Notes under the pieces: model-generated
Databases searched by the model: none
Told to the model about the DNA's origin: nothing
Seen by the model: the letters and a program-made list of their open reading frames with translations, nothing else
In this document: positions 28,934 to 38,687 of the stretch, one piece after another
Position numbering within the stretch: the first letter of the stretch is position 1
How the letters are laid out: every line of letters starts with the position of its first letter
From: Dehalococcoidia bacterium
GTDB taxonomy: Bacteria > Chloroflexota > Dehalococcoidia > Bin125
Direction of reading: 5' to 3'
DNA: 64,000 bases
Assembly: GCA_963662615.2 (NCBI GenBank)
Contig: CAXXSR010000001.1
Coordinates: 800,001-864,000 of the forward strand
Made by a program: the position numbers and the translations under genes

Positions 28934-30964
28934 ATGGCCGCTGAGCTGCGGCCGGCTGCGGACGCGCTGGTTCGCCATGCCTGGGCCCGACTGCGCACGG
29001 CCACGGCGGCGCTGCGGCGTCAAGGGGCTTTGCGGCTGGGACGGCTGGTGCGGCTGGGGCCGCTGGCGCCGGCCGCCCGGCGGGCGGCCACGCGCTCGTC
29101 GGTCTGGCTGCAGAGCGCGGGCGGGCCGGGGCTGTCCCGATTCGTACAAGCGACGCGCACCGCCGCTTTAGGTGGCGCGACCTGGTTCCGGGGCGTGGGC
29201 GGGCCGGGGCTGTCCCAATACGTACTCGCCGCGCCGGCCGCGGCGACGGGCGCCGCCCTCTGGTTGCGACATCGGCTTGGCCCGATCCTGCACGCCCTTG
29301 CGCGCCTGGCTTTGGTAGGTGGCGCGCGCGGCGCGCATCTCGCAGGCCTTGCGCTGGCGGCGCTGGGCAGCGTGGGGCGAAGCGCTGGTGCGAGAGCGTC
29401 GGTCGCCCGCGGCGGGGAGGACATCGGGGAGGCCACGCGCGTCGAGATCGAGGCGCATGACGACCTGGCCGCGGTGCGGGCGCGGCTGAACCAGTCGGCG
29501 GGGGCGGCGGTGGTGCTGCGAGCGCGGGGGGGCAACAGCGCGCTGGCCTCGCCGCTGGGCATGCGTCTGCTGCGCCGTCACGTGGATATGACGCGCCTGC
29601 TTGTGATCATCGAGAGCCGCGACGGCCGGCTGCGCCGCAGCGCCCGCCAACACGGGATGATGATCGTGCCGTCGATGCGGGGACGGCGGGTGGAGGGCGG
29701 CCGCCTGCGCGCCCACCGGCTCGGCCTGGGCCCCATCGGGATTCCGATCCCGCTTCTGGGTCTGGCCGCGCGCGCCATTGTTCTGGCGAGTCTGATAGTG
29801 GTGGCCGGCGCGGCCGTGCTCTTTCTGGTCCCCAGCACCACGGTGCGGCTGGCGCCGCAGCTCACTCCGATCAGCGTGCCGATCTCCGTCATCGCTCGCG
29901 TCCCGGCGGAGGGAGTGCCACTGGGCCCCGGAATCATACCGGCCCGCCGATACCAAGCGACCATCACCGTCTCTGACACCATTGCGACCACCGGCTTCGT
30001 TGAGGCGCCGGACGCCGCCGCCCGCGGAGTCGTGCGTTTCCAGAATCGGACGGCGGAGGCGGTGGAGCTGTCGCCCGGGACCCGCGCCACGAGCGGCGAC
30101 GGCACGATCTTCTTCACCCTTGCCCGTGTCACGCTGCCCGCCGAGGCCGGCTCCGCGGTTGACGCCGAGGTTCAGGCGGAAGAGCCGGGTCTTGGCGGCA
30201 ACGTGGCGGCCGGGACGGTGACGCAGCCGGATCCGTTGCTGGGCAGGCGTGTCACCGTAACCAACCCGGAGCCGATCTCCGGGGGGACGACGCGCCCCGC
30301 CCGCGGCGTCGCCGACGCCGATCTCGATCGCTGGCGCGCCCAGCGTGAGGAGGTGCTGAGGAGGCGCGGCTGGGACGAACTGGGCGAGCAGGTGGGCGGC
30401 GCCGTCAGCCTCCATCGCGGCAGCGTGGAGGTCCACATTGACGCCGAGCAGTTCACGCCGCCGCTGGGCGAGCCGGCCGAGGCGGTGGAAGTGGTCACGA
30501 TCGCCACGGTCTCGGCCGTGGGGGTGGAAGTCGCCGCGCTGCGCGATCTGGCAGTGGCGGAGATCGGCGATCGGTACGGCGCGGACTTCCGGGTTCTGCG
30601 CGAATCGCTGACGCCGCGCGCGGCCGGGTTCGCCACCTACGATGCCGCCACCGAGACGATCGCTTTCGATATGATCGCCGACGGGCAGCTCGCGCCGGTG
30701 ATCGCGAAAGGCGAGATCGAGGGCATCGTGGAGTTGCGGCGGTCCGGGAGCGCGGAAGCCGTCCTGAACGAACGGCTCAGCCTGCGGGCGCCGGCTGAAG
30801 TTGACATAAATCCTAGCTTCATGCCGTGGGTCTCCCCGTTCGGCTTTCGCATCTCCGTAGAGGTCGATACGGGGTTCGACGACGACGGCGGCGGCGCGTC
30901 GACACCCGCTGGGGACACGGTGGCTGGGGACACGGTGGCTGGGGACGAGGAGGGGCCGCCATAG
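28934..30964 (+). CDS. Membrane protein with a baseplate J/gp47-like domain (no other phage genes nearby)
   Basis: TM helix at about aa 275-300, then ARGVVRFQN...LSPGTRATSGDGTIFFTL...EAEEPGLGGNVAAGTV...VTNPEPISGG, typical baseplate J core; start uncertain. Confidence 0.75.
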   Translation: MAAELRPAADALVRHAWARLRTATAALRRQGALRLGRLVRLGPLAPAARRAATRSSVWLQSAGGPGLSRFVQATRTAALGGATWFRGVGGPGLSQYVLAAPAAATGAALWLRHRLGPILHALARLALVGGARGAHLAGLALAALGSVGRSAGARASVARGGEDIGEATRVEIEAHDDLAAVRARLNQSAGAAVVLRARGGNSALASPLGMRLLRRHVDMTRLLVIIESRDGRLRRSARQHGMMIVPSMRGRRVEGGRLRAHRLGLGPIGIPIPLLGLAARAIVLASLIVVAGAAVLFLVPSTTVRLAPQLTPISVPISVIARVPAEGVPLGPGIIPARRYQATITVSDTIATTGFVEAPDAAARGVVRFQNRTAEAVELSPGTRATSGDGTIFFTLARVTLPAEAGSAVDAEVQAEEPGLGGNVAAGTVTQPDPLLGRRVTVTNPEPISGGTTRPARGVADADLDRWRAQREEVLRRRGWDELGEQVGGAVSLHRGSVEVHIDAEQFTPPLGEPAEAVEVVTIATVSAVGVEVAALRDLAVAEIGDRYGADFRVLRESLTPRAAGFATYDAATETIAFDMIADGQLAPVIAKGEIEGIVELRRSGSAEAVLNERLSLRAPAEVDINPSFMPWVSPFGFRISVEVDTGFDDDGGGASTPAGDTVAGDTVAGDEEGPP

Positions 30965-31015
30965 GCCACAGGGGCCTCCCTAGACAGCGGGGCGGGGTGG
31001 GCGAAGAGGCGCTGC

Positions 31016-31492
31016 GTGAATGAGCAGATCGGTCGGGTGGTGGGGCTGGACCCCGGTGAGCGCTGGCTGGGGGTCGCCGTGGGCGACGGTGAGAGCCGGC
31101 TGGCGCTGCCACTGGGCACGATCGATCGGCGGGCGCAGGACGACGACGGCGTGGCGCGGATTCGGGCGCTCCTGGGCCCCGAGGGGGCGAGTCTGGTCGT
31201 GGTGGGCGTGCCCCTGGACCGGGAGGGGCGCGAAGACGCACAGGCCGTCTCCTTCCGGGCGCTGGGCGAGCGGATTGCCCAAGCGCTGGGCTTGCCCCTG
31301 GCGGTGCAGAGCGAGCGCCACAGCAACCCGCCGCCCGCGCGCGAGGCAAAGGCGTCGCAGCGGGGCCACCTCTCCCCGGCCCGGCAGCGCCGGCGTCGGC
31401 GGCAAGCGCACGCCCTGGCGGCGGCCACGATCTTGCAGGACTGGCTGGACGGGCGAGCGGGCGACACGGGTGCGACGCCGATGGACCGTTGA
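31016..31492 (+). CDS. ruvX: Pre-16S rRNA nuclease YqgF/RuvX
   Basis: VGLDPGERWLGVAVGD, VVGVPL, AAATILQDWLD. Confidence 0.9.
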   Translation: MNEQIGRVVGLDPGERWLGVAVGDGESRLALPLGTIDRRAQDDDGVARIRALLGPEGASLVVVGVPLDREGREDAQAVSFRALGERIAQALGLPLAVQSERHSNPPPAREAKASQRGHLSPARQRRRRRQAHALAAATILQDWLDGRAGDTGATPMDR

Positions 31493-32589
31493 CCGTGCGC
31501 CCCGCCTGGATCCTGGGCCTTGCCATCACTGTCGGACTGACGGCCGGGGCGGTGGCGCTGTCGATGGCGGCGCCCGGCAGTGTCCTCGACGACGAGACGC
31601 CCCGCGTCGAAGGTGCGGGCCCGCCCGAGCGCGGCGTGGTCGTCAGCGAGATCCGCCCGGGCGACAGTGCCGAGGCGATCGCCGAGGCGCTGGCGGCGCA
31701 AGACGTGATCGCCTCAGCGGGGCGCTTCGAGGCGCTGGTCTCGCTGCTGGGCTACGAGGAGTCGCTGGAGGCGGGCCGTTACGACTTTGAGCCGGGCCTG
31801 GTGACCACGGAGGTCATTGAGCGGCTACACGCGGGCATGCTCTCGCCGCGCCCGCCCCTCACCATTCGCGAGGGGCTGCGGCTGGAAGAGATCGCGGAGG
31901 TGCTGGCCGCAGAGGGGACCGTCACAGGTTCCGCGTTCTTGACCGCCGCTGCGGATCCGGCCACTTGGGCCGGGACGGTGGCGGGGGAGCGGCCGGAGGG
32001 CGTCTCGTTGGAGGGATATCTCTTGCCCGGCACCTATCAGTTTTCCCTGCTGGTGAGCGGGGGCGAAGTCGTGCGTGCGATGCTGGAGCGGCTCGAGCGG
32101 GAGTTGACGCCCGCGACGCGGGAGGCGATAGCGGCCGGCGGCCGCACGGTGCATGAGGTCTTGACGGTCGCTTCCCTGGTGGAGCGAGAGGCCGTCGTGG
32201 CGGCCGAGCAGCCGCTCATCGCCTCGGTATTCTGGAACCGCCTGCGGCTGCGACGGCGGCTGGAGGCGGACCCGACCGTGCAATACGCACTCGCCCAGGA
32301 GCCGGACAGCGTCGATCGCTACGGCTACTGGAAAGCGGGGTTGACGTTGGCCGACTTGGCAGTGGACTCGCCCTACAACACCTACCGCGTGCCCGGACTC
32401 CCGCCGACACCGATCGCCGCGCCCGGGGCCGGCGCTCTCAGCGCCGCGATCCGGCCGGCCGAGACCGATCTGCTCTACTTCGTGGCGCGCGGCGACGGCT
32501 CGCACGCCTTCGCCACCACCTTCGCCGATCACCTGCTCAACGTGGAGCGCTTCCAGCCCGCCGGCGGGACAGCGGAGCGGGAGCGATGA
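31489..32589 (+). CDS. mltG: Endolytic transglycosylase MltG
   Basis: SLEGYLLPGTY, ASLVEREA, IASVFWNRL, LEADPTVQYA, DSPYNTY, GLPPTPI. Confidence 0.95.
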   Translation: MTVRPAWILGLAITVGLTAGAVALSMAAPGSVLDDETPRVEGAGPPERGVVVSEIRPGDSAEAIAEALAAQDVIASAGRFEALVSLLGYEESLEAGRYDFEPGLVTTEVIERLHAGMLSPRPPLTIREGLRLEEIAEVLAAEGTVTGSAFLTAAADPATWAGTVAGERPEGVSLEGYLLPGTYQFSLLVSGGEVVRAMLERLERELTPATREAIAAGGRTVHEVLTVASLVEREAVVAAEQPLIASVFWNRLRLRRRLEADPTVQYALAQEPDSVDRYGYWKAGLTLADLAVDSPYNTYRVPGLPPTPIAAPGAGALSAAIRPAETDLLYFVARGDGSHAFATTFADHLLNVERFQPAGGTAERER

Positions 32590-33458
32590 GCGGGCGCGTG
32601 GGGCTCATTGCGCACCCGGCCCGACACAGCATCTCGCCGCGCTTTCAGCAGCCCGCCTTCGACGCCCTGGGCATTGACGCCCGTTACGAGGCCTGGGACG
32701 TCCCGCCGGAGCGGCTGGCCGCGTTCATTGAGGGGCTGCGGGCCGCCGATGCCCTGGGCGCGAACGTGACCATCCCCCACAAGGAGGCGGCGGCACGGTG
32801 CATGGACCGACTGGACCGCACCGCCAGGGCGGTGGGGGCGATCAACACGATCGTCAACAGGGACGGCCGGCTGGAAGGGTTCAACACGGACGTCGTTGGC
32901 TTTCAGCGAGCGTTGGAGGCGGCGGGGTTCGACGCGGCCAGCGCGCGCGCGGTGATCTGGGGCGCGGGCGGCGCGGCTCGAGCGGTCGCGTGGGCCCTGA
33001 TCGAGCGCGAGGCCGCCGCTCTCACGGTGGTCAATCGCACGCCGGAGCGGGGGCGGCGTCTGCGCGATGATCTGCTCCGTGCCGGCGAGCGCGCGCGCGT
33101 ATCGGCCTGCGGTGCGGACGAGCCCGCGGCGATGACCGCTCTGGCCGCCTGCGATCTGGTGGTGCAGTGCACGCCGGTGGGGATGCGGGGCAGCGCGGGA
33201 GAAGGGCTGCTGCCCTTCGACGTTGCCTCGCTGGGCCCGACCACGATGGTCGTGGACCTTATCGCGAGTCCGCCCGAGACGCCGTTGGTGCGCGCCGCCA
33301 GAGGCAGCGGTCGTGCGGCGTTGGGGGGACTCCCTATGCTGGTGTACCAAGGGGCGGCCTCCTTCGCCATGTGGACGGGGCGCGAACCACCGATCGAGGC
33401 GATGTTCGCGGCGGCGGAGGCGGCAACAGCGGCGGACGCGCAGCCCCAACGAGAGTGA
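32586..33458 (+). CDS. aroE: Shikimate dehydrogenase
   Basis: HSISP, GANVTIPHK, GAINT, NTDVVGF, GAGGAARA, MLVYQGA. Confidence 0.96.
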   Translation: MSGRVGLIAHPARHSISPRFQQPAFDALGIDARYEAWDVPPERLAAFIEGLRAADALGANVTIPHKEAAARCMDRLDRTARAVGAINTIVNRDGRLEGFNTDVVGFQRALEAAGFDAASARAVIWGAGGAARAVAWALIEREAAALTVVNRTPERGRRLRDDLLRAGERARVSACGADEPAAMTALAACDLVVQCTPVGMRGSAGEGLLPFDVASLGPTTMVVDLIASPPETPLVRAARGSGRAALGGLPMLVYQGAASFAMWTGREPPIEAMFAAAEAATAADAQPQRE

Positions 33459-33467
33459 AGGCGTGCG

Positions 33468-34172
33468 ATGGCTGAAGGAGTGGCGATCGCCTTCGCGGTG
33501 ATCTTCTTCTTCGTCGCGCTCATTGGCCTTGTGCTCTTCAAGGAGGTGCGCACGCATCGGTTTTGGCGCCGCTTGGTGGAGGAGAACGACCTGGAGGCGA
33601 TTCGCGGCTTGCTGGAGGGGGAGATCGAAGGCTGGCGCACGATGCGGCCTCCCAAGGGGATCAGCGCCGCGGTCTGGGCCGGCGTTCAGGGCATGGAGCT
33701 GCTCGCCGCCGACGCCAGCTTTGTGCATCTGGGCAGCAGCGCTCAACCCGAATTCCGGGTAGTGGAGGGGAAGCAAAAGCAAGTGGCAACGGCGCTGGAC
33801 GGCGCTCTGGCCACCGCGGTCAAGTTGGTGGAGATGGTCTTCTACGACATTGCGGATTACCGCCCCGAGGTGGTCCGCGTGGACGTCTACACGGCCTTCC
33901 GTGAGGAAGCCGGCGTCGCCACCTCGCGACCGATCCTCAGCGTCACCGCCGATCGTGCCGACGCCATGGGCATCGACTGGGATGAGCCGGACGCGCGGCA
34001 GATCGCGTTGAGCTTCGATGCCGTCTACGAGCTTGGCCCCGCGGGCGAGCCCAGGCCGATCGTGCTGCCGCCGTCGGAGCCGGCGCTCACCGTGGCGGCC
34101 GGCGAGGAGATGCAGGATGCGTCGTCGCCGAGCGATGCCGGTGCGGAGGACCGCTCCTCCGGGGTGAGCTAG
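33468..34172 (+). CDS. Hypothetical single-pass membrane protein
   Basis: N-terminal TM helix; host-like codon use; tightly packed between aroE and aroC. Confidence 0.8.
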   Translation: MAEGVAIAFAVIFFFVALIGLVLFKEVRTHRFWRRLVEENDLEAIRGLLEGEIEGWRTMRPPKGISAAVWAGVQGMELLAADASFVHLGSSAQPEFRVVEGKQKQVATALDGALATAVKLVEMVFYDIADYRPEVVRVDVYTAFREEAGVATSRPILSVTADRADAMGIDWDEPDARQIALSFDAVYELGPAGEPRPIVLPPSEPALTVAAGEEMQDASSPSDAGAEDRSSGVS

Positions 34173-34181
34173 GCTCGTCGC

Positions 34182-35408
34182 ATGGGTGGCTTGGACTGGT
34201 ACAGCGCGGGCGAATCGCACGGCCCCGGCCTGACGGCGATCCTGGAGGGCATGCCCGCCGGCCTGGCGCTGGACGAGAGCTACATCCGCACGCAACTGGC
34301 CCGTCGCCAGAAGGGCTACGGCCGCGGCGGGCGCATGAAGATCGAGACGGACTACGCGTATCTGCGCGGGGGCGTCCGGCACGGCCTGACCCTGGGCAGC
34401 CCGATTGCGGTGTGGCTGGAGAATCGCGACCACGCGACGGGCAAGGGGCCGGACAAGCGCCCTTGGACCGAGACGATGGCGATTGAACCCGGTGAACCGG
34501 CGGGCGGGCCGGTGCAGCGCATCACGCGGCTCCGCCCCGGCCACGCCGACCTGGCCGCCGCCCTCAAGTACGGCTTTGACGACGTGCGCAATTCGCTGGA
34601 GCGGGCCAGCTCCCGTGAGAGCGCCGCCCGGGTGGCGCTGGGCGCGGTGGCGCGGCGGCTGATGGAGGAGTTGGGCGCGGGCTTTCATAGCCACGTGATC
34701 CGCATTGGCGAGGTGGCCTGGCAGCCGGAGGACGGCGCCGCCTTGGACTGGGACGCCGTGGAGGAGTCGCCTGTGCGCTGCGCGGACGCCGACGCCACTG
34801 TGCGAATGGTGGCGGCGATTGACGCGGCCAAAGGGGACGGTGACAGCGTGGGCGGCGTCGTGGAGGCGCGGGTGACGGGCGTGCCGTTCGGGCTGGGCTC
34901 GCACGTTCACTGGCAGCGCAAGCTGAGCAGCCGCATTGGCCAGGCGCTGCTGAGCATGAACGCCTTCAAGGGGGTGGAGATCGGCGACGGTTTCGCGGGG
35001 GCGGCGCGGCGCGGCTCGCAGTTTCAGGACATCGTGCTGCCGCGCGAGCAATGGACGGATCGCCCTTGGCGTCGCGCCTCCAACCATGCCGGCGGCATTG
35101 AGGGCGGCACCAGCAACGGCGAGGAGATCGTGGTGCACGTCGCGGTCAAGCCGATCGCGACGCTGGCGCACCCGCTGCCCTCCGCCGACCTTGACACGGG
35201 CGAGCTGACGCAGGCGCACTACGAGCGCTCGGACGTGTGTGTGGTGCCGGCGGCCGGCGTGATCGTGGAGGCGATGCTGGCGCTGGTGCTCGCCGGCGCG
35301 GTGCTGGAGAAATACGGCGGCGATCATATTGACGAGACGAAGCGGAACCTGGAGGCGTTCGAGCGCACGCTGGGGCCGCGAGGCATGGCGGGGGCCGGCG
35401 AGCCGTGA
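34182..35408 (+). CDS. aroC: Chorismate synthase
   Basis: AGESHG, RRQKGYGRGGRM, RPGHAD, ERASSRE, SNHAGGIEGG, RSDVCVVP. Confidence 0.98.
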   Translation: MGGLDWYSAGESHGPGLTAILEGMPAGLALDESYIRTQLARRQKGYGRGGRMKIETDYAYLRGGVRHGLTLGSPIAVWLENRDHATGKGPDKRPWTETMAIEPGEPAGGPVQRITRLRPGHADLAAALKYGFDDVRNSLERASSRESAARVALGAVARRLMEELGAGFHSHVIRIGEVAWQPEDGAALDWDAVEESPVRCADADATVRMVAAIDAAKGDGDSVGGVVEARVTGVPFGLGSHVHWQRKLSSRIGQALLSMNAFKGVEIGDGFAGAARRGSQFQDIVLPREQWTDRPWRRASNHAGGIEGGTSNGEEIVVHVAVKPIATLAHPLPSADLDTGELTQAHYERSDVCVVPAAGVIVEAMLALVLAGAVLEKYGGDHIDETKRNLEAFERTLGPRGMAGAGEP

Positions 35409-37195
35409 CGCGCCCCCCTGATTCCCTGAAGCGCATTGCTGCCCTGAAGCGGATTGTGCTGATCGGCTTCAGCGCCACGGGGAAATCGGCGGTGGCTCCG
35501 GCGCTGGCGGCGTCGCTGGGCTGGCGCGCGCTCGATCTCGACGTGCTGATCGAGGAGCGGGACGGGCGCAGCGTGCCCGACATCTTCGCCCAGGACGGGG
35601 AGCACGCCTTTCGCGCGATCGAGCGGGAGGCGGTGCGGGCGGGGGCGGCGGAAGCCGGCGTGGTAATCGCCGCGGGCGGGGGCGCCTGGCTCGATGCGGA
35701 GAGCCGCGGCCTCCTCGCCGATGGGGGCTTCGTGGTGGCGCTGGAGGCTCGGCTGGACACCATCTTGGCCCGCCACACCGGCGCGGAGCTGGGCCGGCCG
35801 GACGCGCGACCGCTCCTGGCGGGCGCCGACTCGGTCGCGCGGGTGCAATTGCTGAAGGCGCGGCGCCAGCCGTTCTACGCCCTCGCCGACGCCACCGTTC
35901 ACACCGACGAGACGGCGGTGGGCGCCGTGGTGGAGGAGATCCGGCAGGCGCTGGACCGCAACGCCGCGCGCGCCCTCGCGTCGCGCTCGCGGCTGCACGG
36001 CATGGTGGAAGGGCCGGGCGTCGCGAGCACGGCGCCGCCCGACTTCGGCGCGGACGTCGCCTGCACGGTCGATGTGGGGGGCGACGGGAGCGTCGCGGCT
36101 TACCCCGTCTACTGTCGCTGGGGCTTGCTCGCGCGGCTGCCCGCACTTCTCGACGCCGTGGGGCTGCGCGGTCGCGTGTTCGTAATCAGCGATGAGACGG
36201 TGCGCGGGCTCTACGCCGAGCCGGTCGTGGCCGGGCTGCGCGAGTCGGGCCGGCCGGCGTCGCTGCGCGCCGTGCCGCCGGGCGAGACCAGCAAGAGCCT
36301 GGAGCAGTTGGAGCGGCTGTACGCGTGGCTGGCGGAGGAGCGGGCGGAGCGTGACGACACTGTGCTGGCGCTGGGCGGCGGCGTGGTGACGGACCTGGCC
36401 GGCACCGTCGCGGCGACGTACCTGCGGGGGATGCCGCTGGTGCACGTGCCGACGACGCTGCTGGGAATGGTCGATGCGGCGATCGGCGGGAAGGTGGCGG
36501 TGGACCTGCCCGCGGGCAAGAACCTGGTGGGCGCGTTCTACCAGCCGCGGGCGGTGGTGGCGGACGTGGCGACGCTGGCGACGCTGCCGTCGCGCGAGCT
36601 GCGCGCGGGCTACGCCGAGGTGATCAAGCACGCGTTCATTCGCGACGCGGCGATGTTGGACGAGCTGGAGCGGGACGCCGAGACGCTGCTGGCGATCAAC
36701 GACGCCGGGGCCGATGCCGCACGCGAGCGGGCGGTGGCGCTGATCGCGCGGAACATGGCGATCAAGGCCGCCGTGGTCTCCGTCGATGAGCGCGAGGGCG
36801 ATCTGCGCATGATTCTCAATTACGGTCACACGATCGGCCACGCGATCGAGGCGGTAACCGGGTACGGGCGGTTCCGCCATGGTGAGGCGGTCGCGATCGG
36901 GCTGATGGGGGCGGCGCGGATCGCGGAGCGGGTGGGGCTGATCGATAGTGCGATCGTGGAGCGTCACCGTCGCATCCTTCAGCGCTTCGGTTTGCCTATC
37001 GCTATGCCGGATGGCGATGCTGTTCCAGTCGATGCGCTGCTGGAGGCAATTCTGAGCGACAAAAAGGTGGTGGAGGGGCAGTCGCGCTGGGTCCTGCTGG
37101 AGAGCGTGGGCTCGCCCGTGGTGCGGGAGGACGTGCCCGAGGCCGTCGTGCGCGAGGTGCTTGGCGAGTTGGTGGGCGCGCCCGCGCGGGCGTAG
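35405..37195 (+). CDS. aroKB: Fused shikimate kinase / 3-dehydroquinate synthase
   Basis: N-terminal LIGFSATGKS...DLD...GEHAFR...RPLL; C-terminal GETSKS, LGGGVVTD, PTTLL, GGKVAVD, LNYGHTIGHAIE, HGEAV. Confidence 0.94.
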   Translation: MTRPPDSLKRIAALKRIVLIGFSATGKSAVAPALAASLGWRALDLDVLIEERDGRSVPDIFAQDGEHAFRAIEREAVRAGAAEAGVVIAAGGGAWLDAESRGLLADGGFVVALEARLDTILARHTGAELGRPDARPLLAGADSVARVQLLKARRQPFYALADATVHTDETAVGAVVEEIRQALDRNAARALASRSRLHGMVEGPGVASTAPPDFGADVACTVDVGGDGSVAAYPVYCRWGLLARLPALLDAVGLRGRVFVISDETVRGLYAEPVVAGLRESGRPASLRAVPPGETSKSLEQLERLYAWLAEERAERDDTVLALGGGVVTDLAGTVAATYLRGMPLVHVPTTLLGMVDAAIGGKVAVDLPAGKNLVGAFYQPRAVVADVATLATLPSRELRAGYAEVIKHAFIRDAAMLDELERDAETLLAINDAGADAARERAVALIARNMAIKAAVVSVDEREGDLRMILNYGHTIGHAIEAVTGYGRFRHGEAVAIGLMGAARIAERVGLIDSAIVERHRRILQRFGLPIAMPDGDAVPVDALLEAILSDKKVVEGQSRWVLLESVGSPVVREDVPEAVVREVLGELVGAPARA

Positions 37196-37211
37196 GGAGC
37201 CGGGCCCGTCG

Positions 37212-37535
37212 ATGAGTGTCGGCGCGGACGAGGATGGTCCCAAAGTCGAGCGCTTGACGGCGCGCGTGCACGGCTTCGTCCAGGGCGTGGGTTATCGCGA
37301 TTACTGCATGAGCGTCGCCGCCGGCATCGGGCGGTCGGAGGGGCGGGCGATCAGCGGCTACGCGCGCAACATGCCCAACGGGTCGATGGTGGAGGTCGTG
37401 GCGGAGGGGCCGCGGCCGCTGCTGGAGCGCCTGTTGCGCGAGCTGCACCAGGGCCCGCGGATTGCAGAAGTGGTGAAGGTGGAGGCGTCGTGGGGGGCGG
37501 CGTCGCGGGAGTTCGACGGGTTTCGCTGGCGGTAG
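37212..37535 (+). CDS. acyP: Acylphosphatase
   Basis: VHGFVQGVGYR, GYARN..NGS.VEVVAEG, GP..A.V. Confidence 0.9.
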   Translation: MSVGADEDGPKVERLTARVHGFVQGVGYRDYCMSVAAGIGRSEGRAISGYARNMPNGSMVEVVAEGPRPLLERLLRELHQGPRIAEVVKVEASWGAASREFDGFRWR

Positions 37536-37607
37536 GGCCGGCGCCCGAGGGATCGGCTCGGTGCTGAGGTATCCGTCGTTGTCGGGGATGGGGAGAGTCA
37601 TCGCTTG

Positions 37608-37841
37608 ATGTTCCTGGAGTACGACGCCGACGCCGACGCGATCTATGTGCGCCTCTCGGACAAGGAACGCGCGTCGACGACGAGCCTGGACGATGACCGC
37701 CATGTTGATGTCGCTGGGGACGGCACGTCGATTGGCGTGGAATTTCTGAACGTGAGTCGGGGCATCAACCTTGGCGGTGTCCCCGAGATGAAGGCGATCG
37801 CGAGGCTGTTGGAGTCGGTGCGGGCCGTGCGGGTGGCGTAG
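37608..37841 (+). CDS. DUF2283-domain protein (antitoxin-like, orphan)
   Basis: YDADADAIYVRL...VDVAGDG..IGVEFLN. Confidence 0.8.
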   Translation: MFLEYDADADAIYVRLSDKERASTTSLDDDRHVDVAGDGTSIGVEFLNVSRGINLGGVPEMKAIARLLESVRAVRVA

Positions 37842-37944
37842 AATCCGGCGCGCCGCGGCGCCCACGATCGACAGCTCAAAGCGCGTCGGCGCGGGCCATC
37901 GCGTTTAGGCCATGGCGGCTCCATTTCTCATCCGCGTGCTGTGT

Positions 37945-38150
37945 TGTCCTTTTGTGTCCCCCTGTCCACGGCCCGCTCCAGATGGGGCGGGCGTTGGAAG
38001 TGTGGCGCGGTTGTCGGAGGGGTGACAGAAAGGGACACGATCGGGCATCGGGGGGACAGGGGGTGGGCGGCGTCGGGACAGGGCGGCGACAGGGGCGGGA
38101 CAGGGCGGGACAGGGCGGCGACAGGGGCGGGACAGGGCGGGGACAGGGGC
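37945..38150. repeat. GACAGGG array with 10-11 bp period, preceded by inverted TGTCC motifs
   Basis: GACAGGG at 38055, 38077, 38088, 38099, 38109, 38120, 38131, 38142; TGTCC at 37945, 37955, 37963. Confidence 0.8.
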
Positions 38151-38414
38151 CGGCAGGGAAAGGTGGTGGGGGAGGCATGGGCGCGTTCGGGGGGTCAGTC
38201 GGGGGAATGGAGAGCGGGGGTTGTCGGTTCAGTTTAGGTCGTCGAGGGGGAGGGGAGGTATCGCGGGGGAGACGGAGGGGGATACATCGGCGGTCAGGAT
38301 GATATACAGGGCACGAGCGGCCGGAGGGCCGATATGATCTTGCCCGCAGCAGGTTACGGGTTCGCGCCTACTGCTTCCTCTACTGCGCGACCGATGCGGA
38401 CGGGAATCAGAACC

Positions 38415-38642
38415 ATGCCGAAAAGTGACCTCCGACTCTGGGTTTACGAGAACTGGACACACAAGAAAGCGCGCGTGCACGACGCAAAGTGCGTCTTCTG
38501 CAAGGACGGCGCGGGAATCCACCCAGGCACGGGCGATGCGAACGGAAAGTGGCACGGGCCGTTCGACTCGTTCGCGGACGCACTTAGACTCGCGCGCACG
38601 CAACAGCCGGACGCGCGGCCCTGCTCCGTCTGCGCGACGTAA
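38415..38642 (+). CDS. Small Cys/His-rich (probable Zn-binding) hypothetical protein
   Basis: H-x3-C-x2-C ... WHGPF ... C-x2-C; 75 aa. Confidence 0.7.
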   Translation: MPKSDLRLWVYENWTHKKARVHDAKCVFCKDGAGIHPGTGDANGKWHGPFDSFADALRLARTQQPDARPCSVCAT

Positions 38643-38687
38643 TAACAATCATTCGATGAACGTGGGCTGGGGACGAAGGTAGCCCCC

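Noticed and set aside
28934-30964. Prophage or contractile injection system
   Set aside because: Single baseplate-like gene with a TM anchor; no other phage or tail genes.
38055-38150. CRISPR array
   Set aside because: Units are 10-11 bp with no unique spacers, and there are no cas genes.
37876-38302. Pro/Cys-rich and Gly/Arg-rich ORFs across the G-rich array
   Set aside because: Translations of low-complexity repeat DNA on both strands; no supporting motif.
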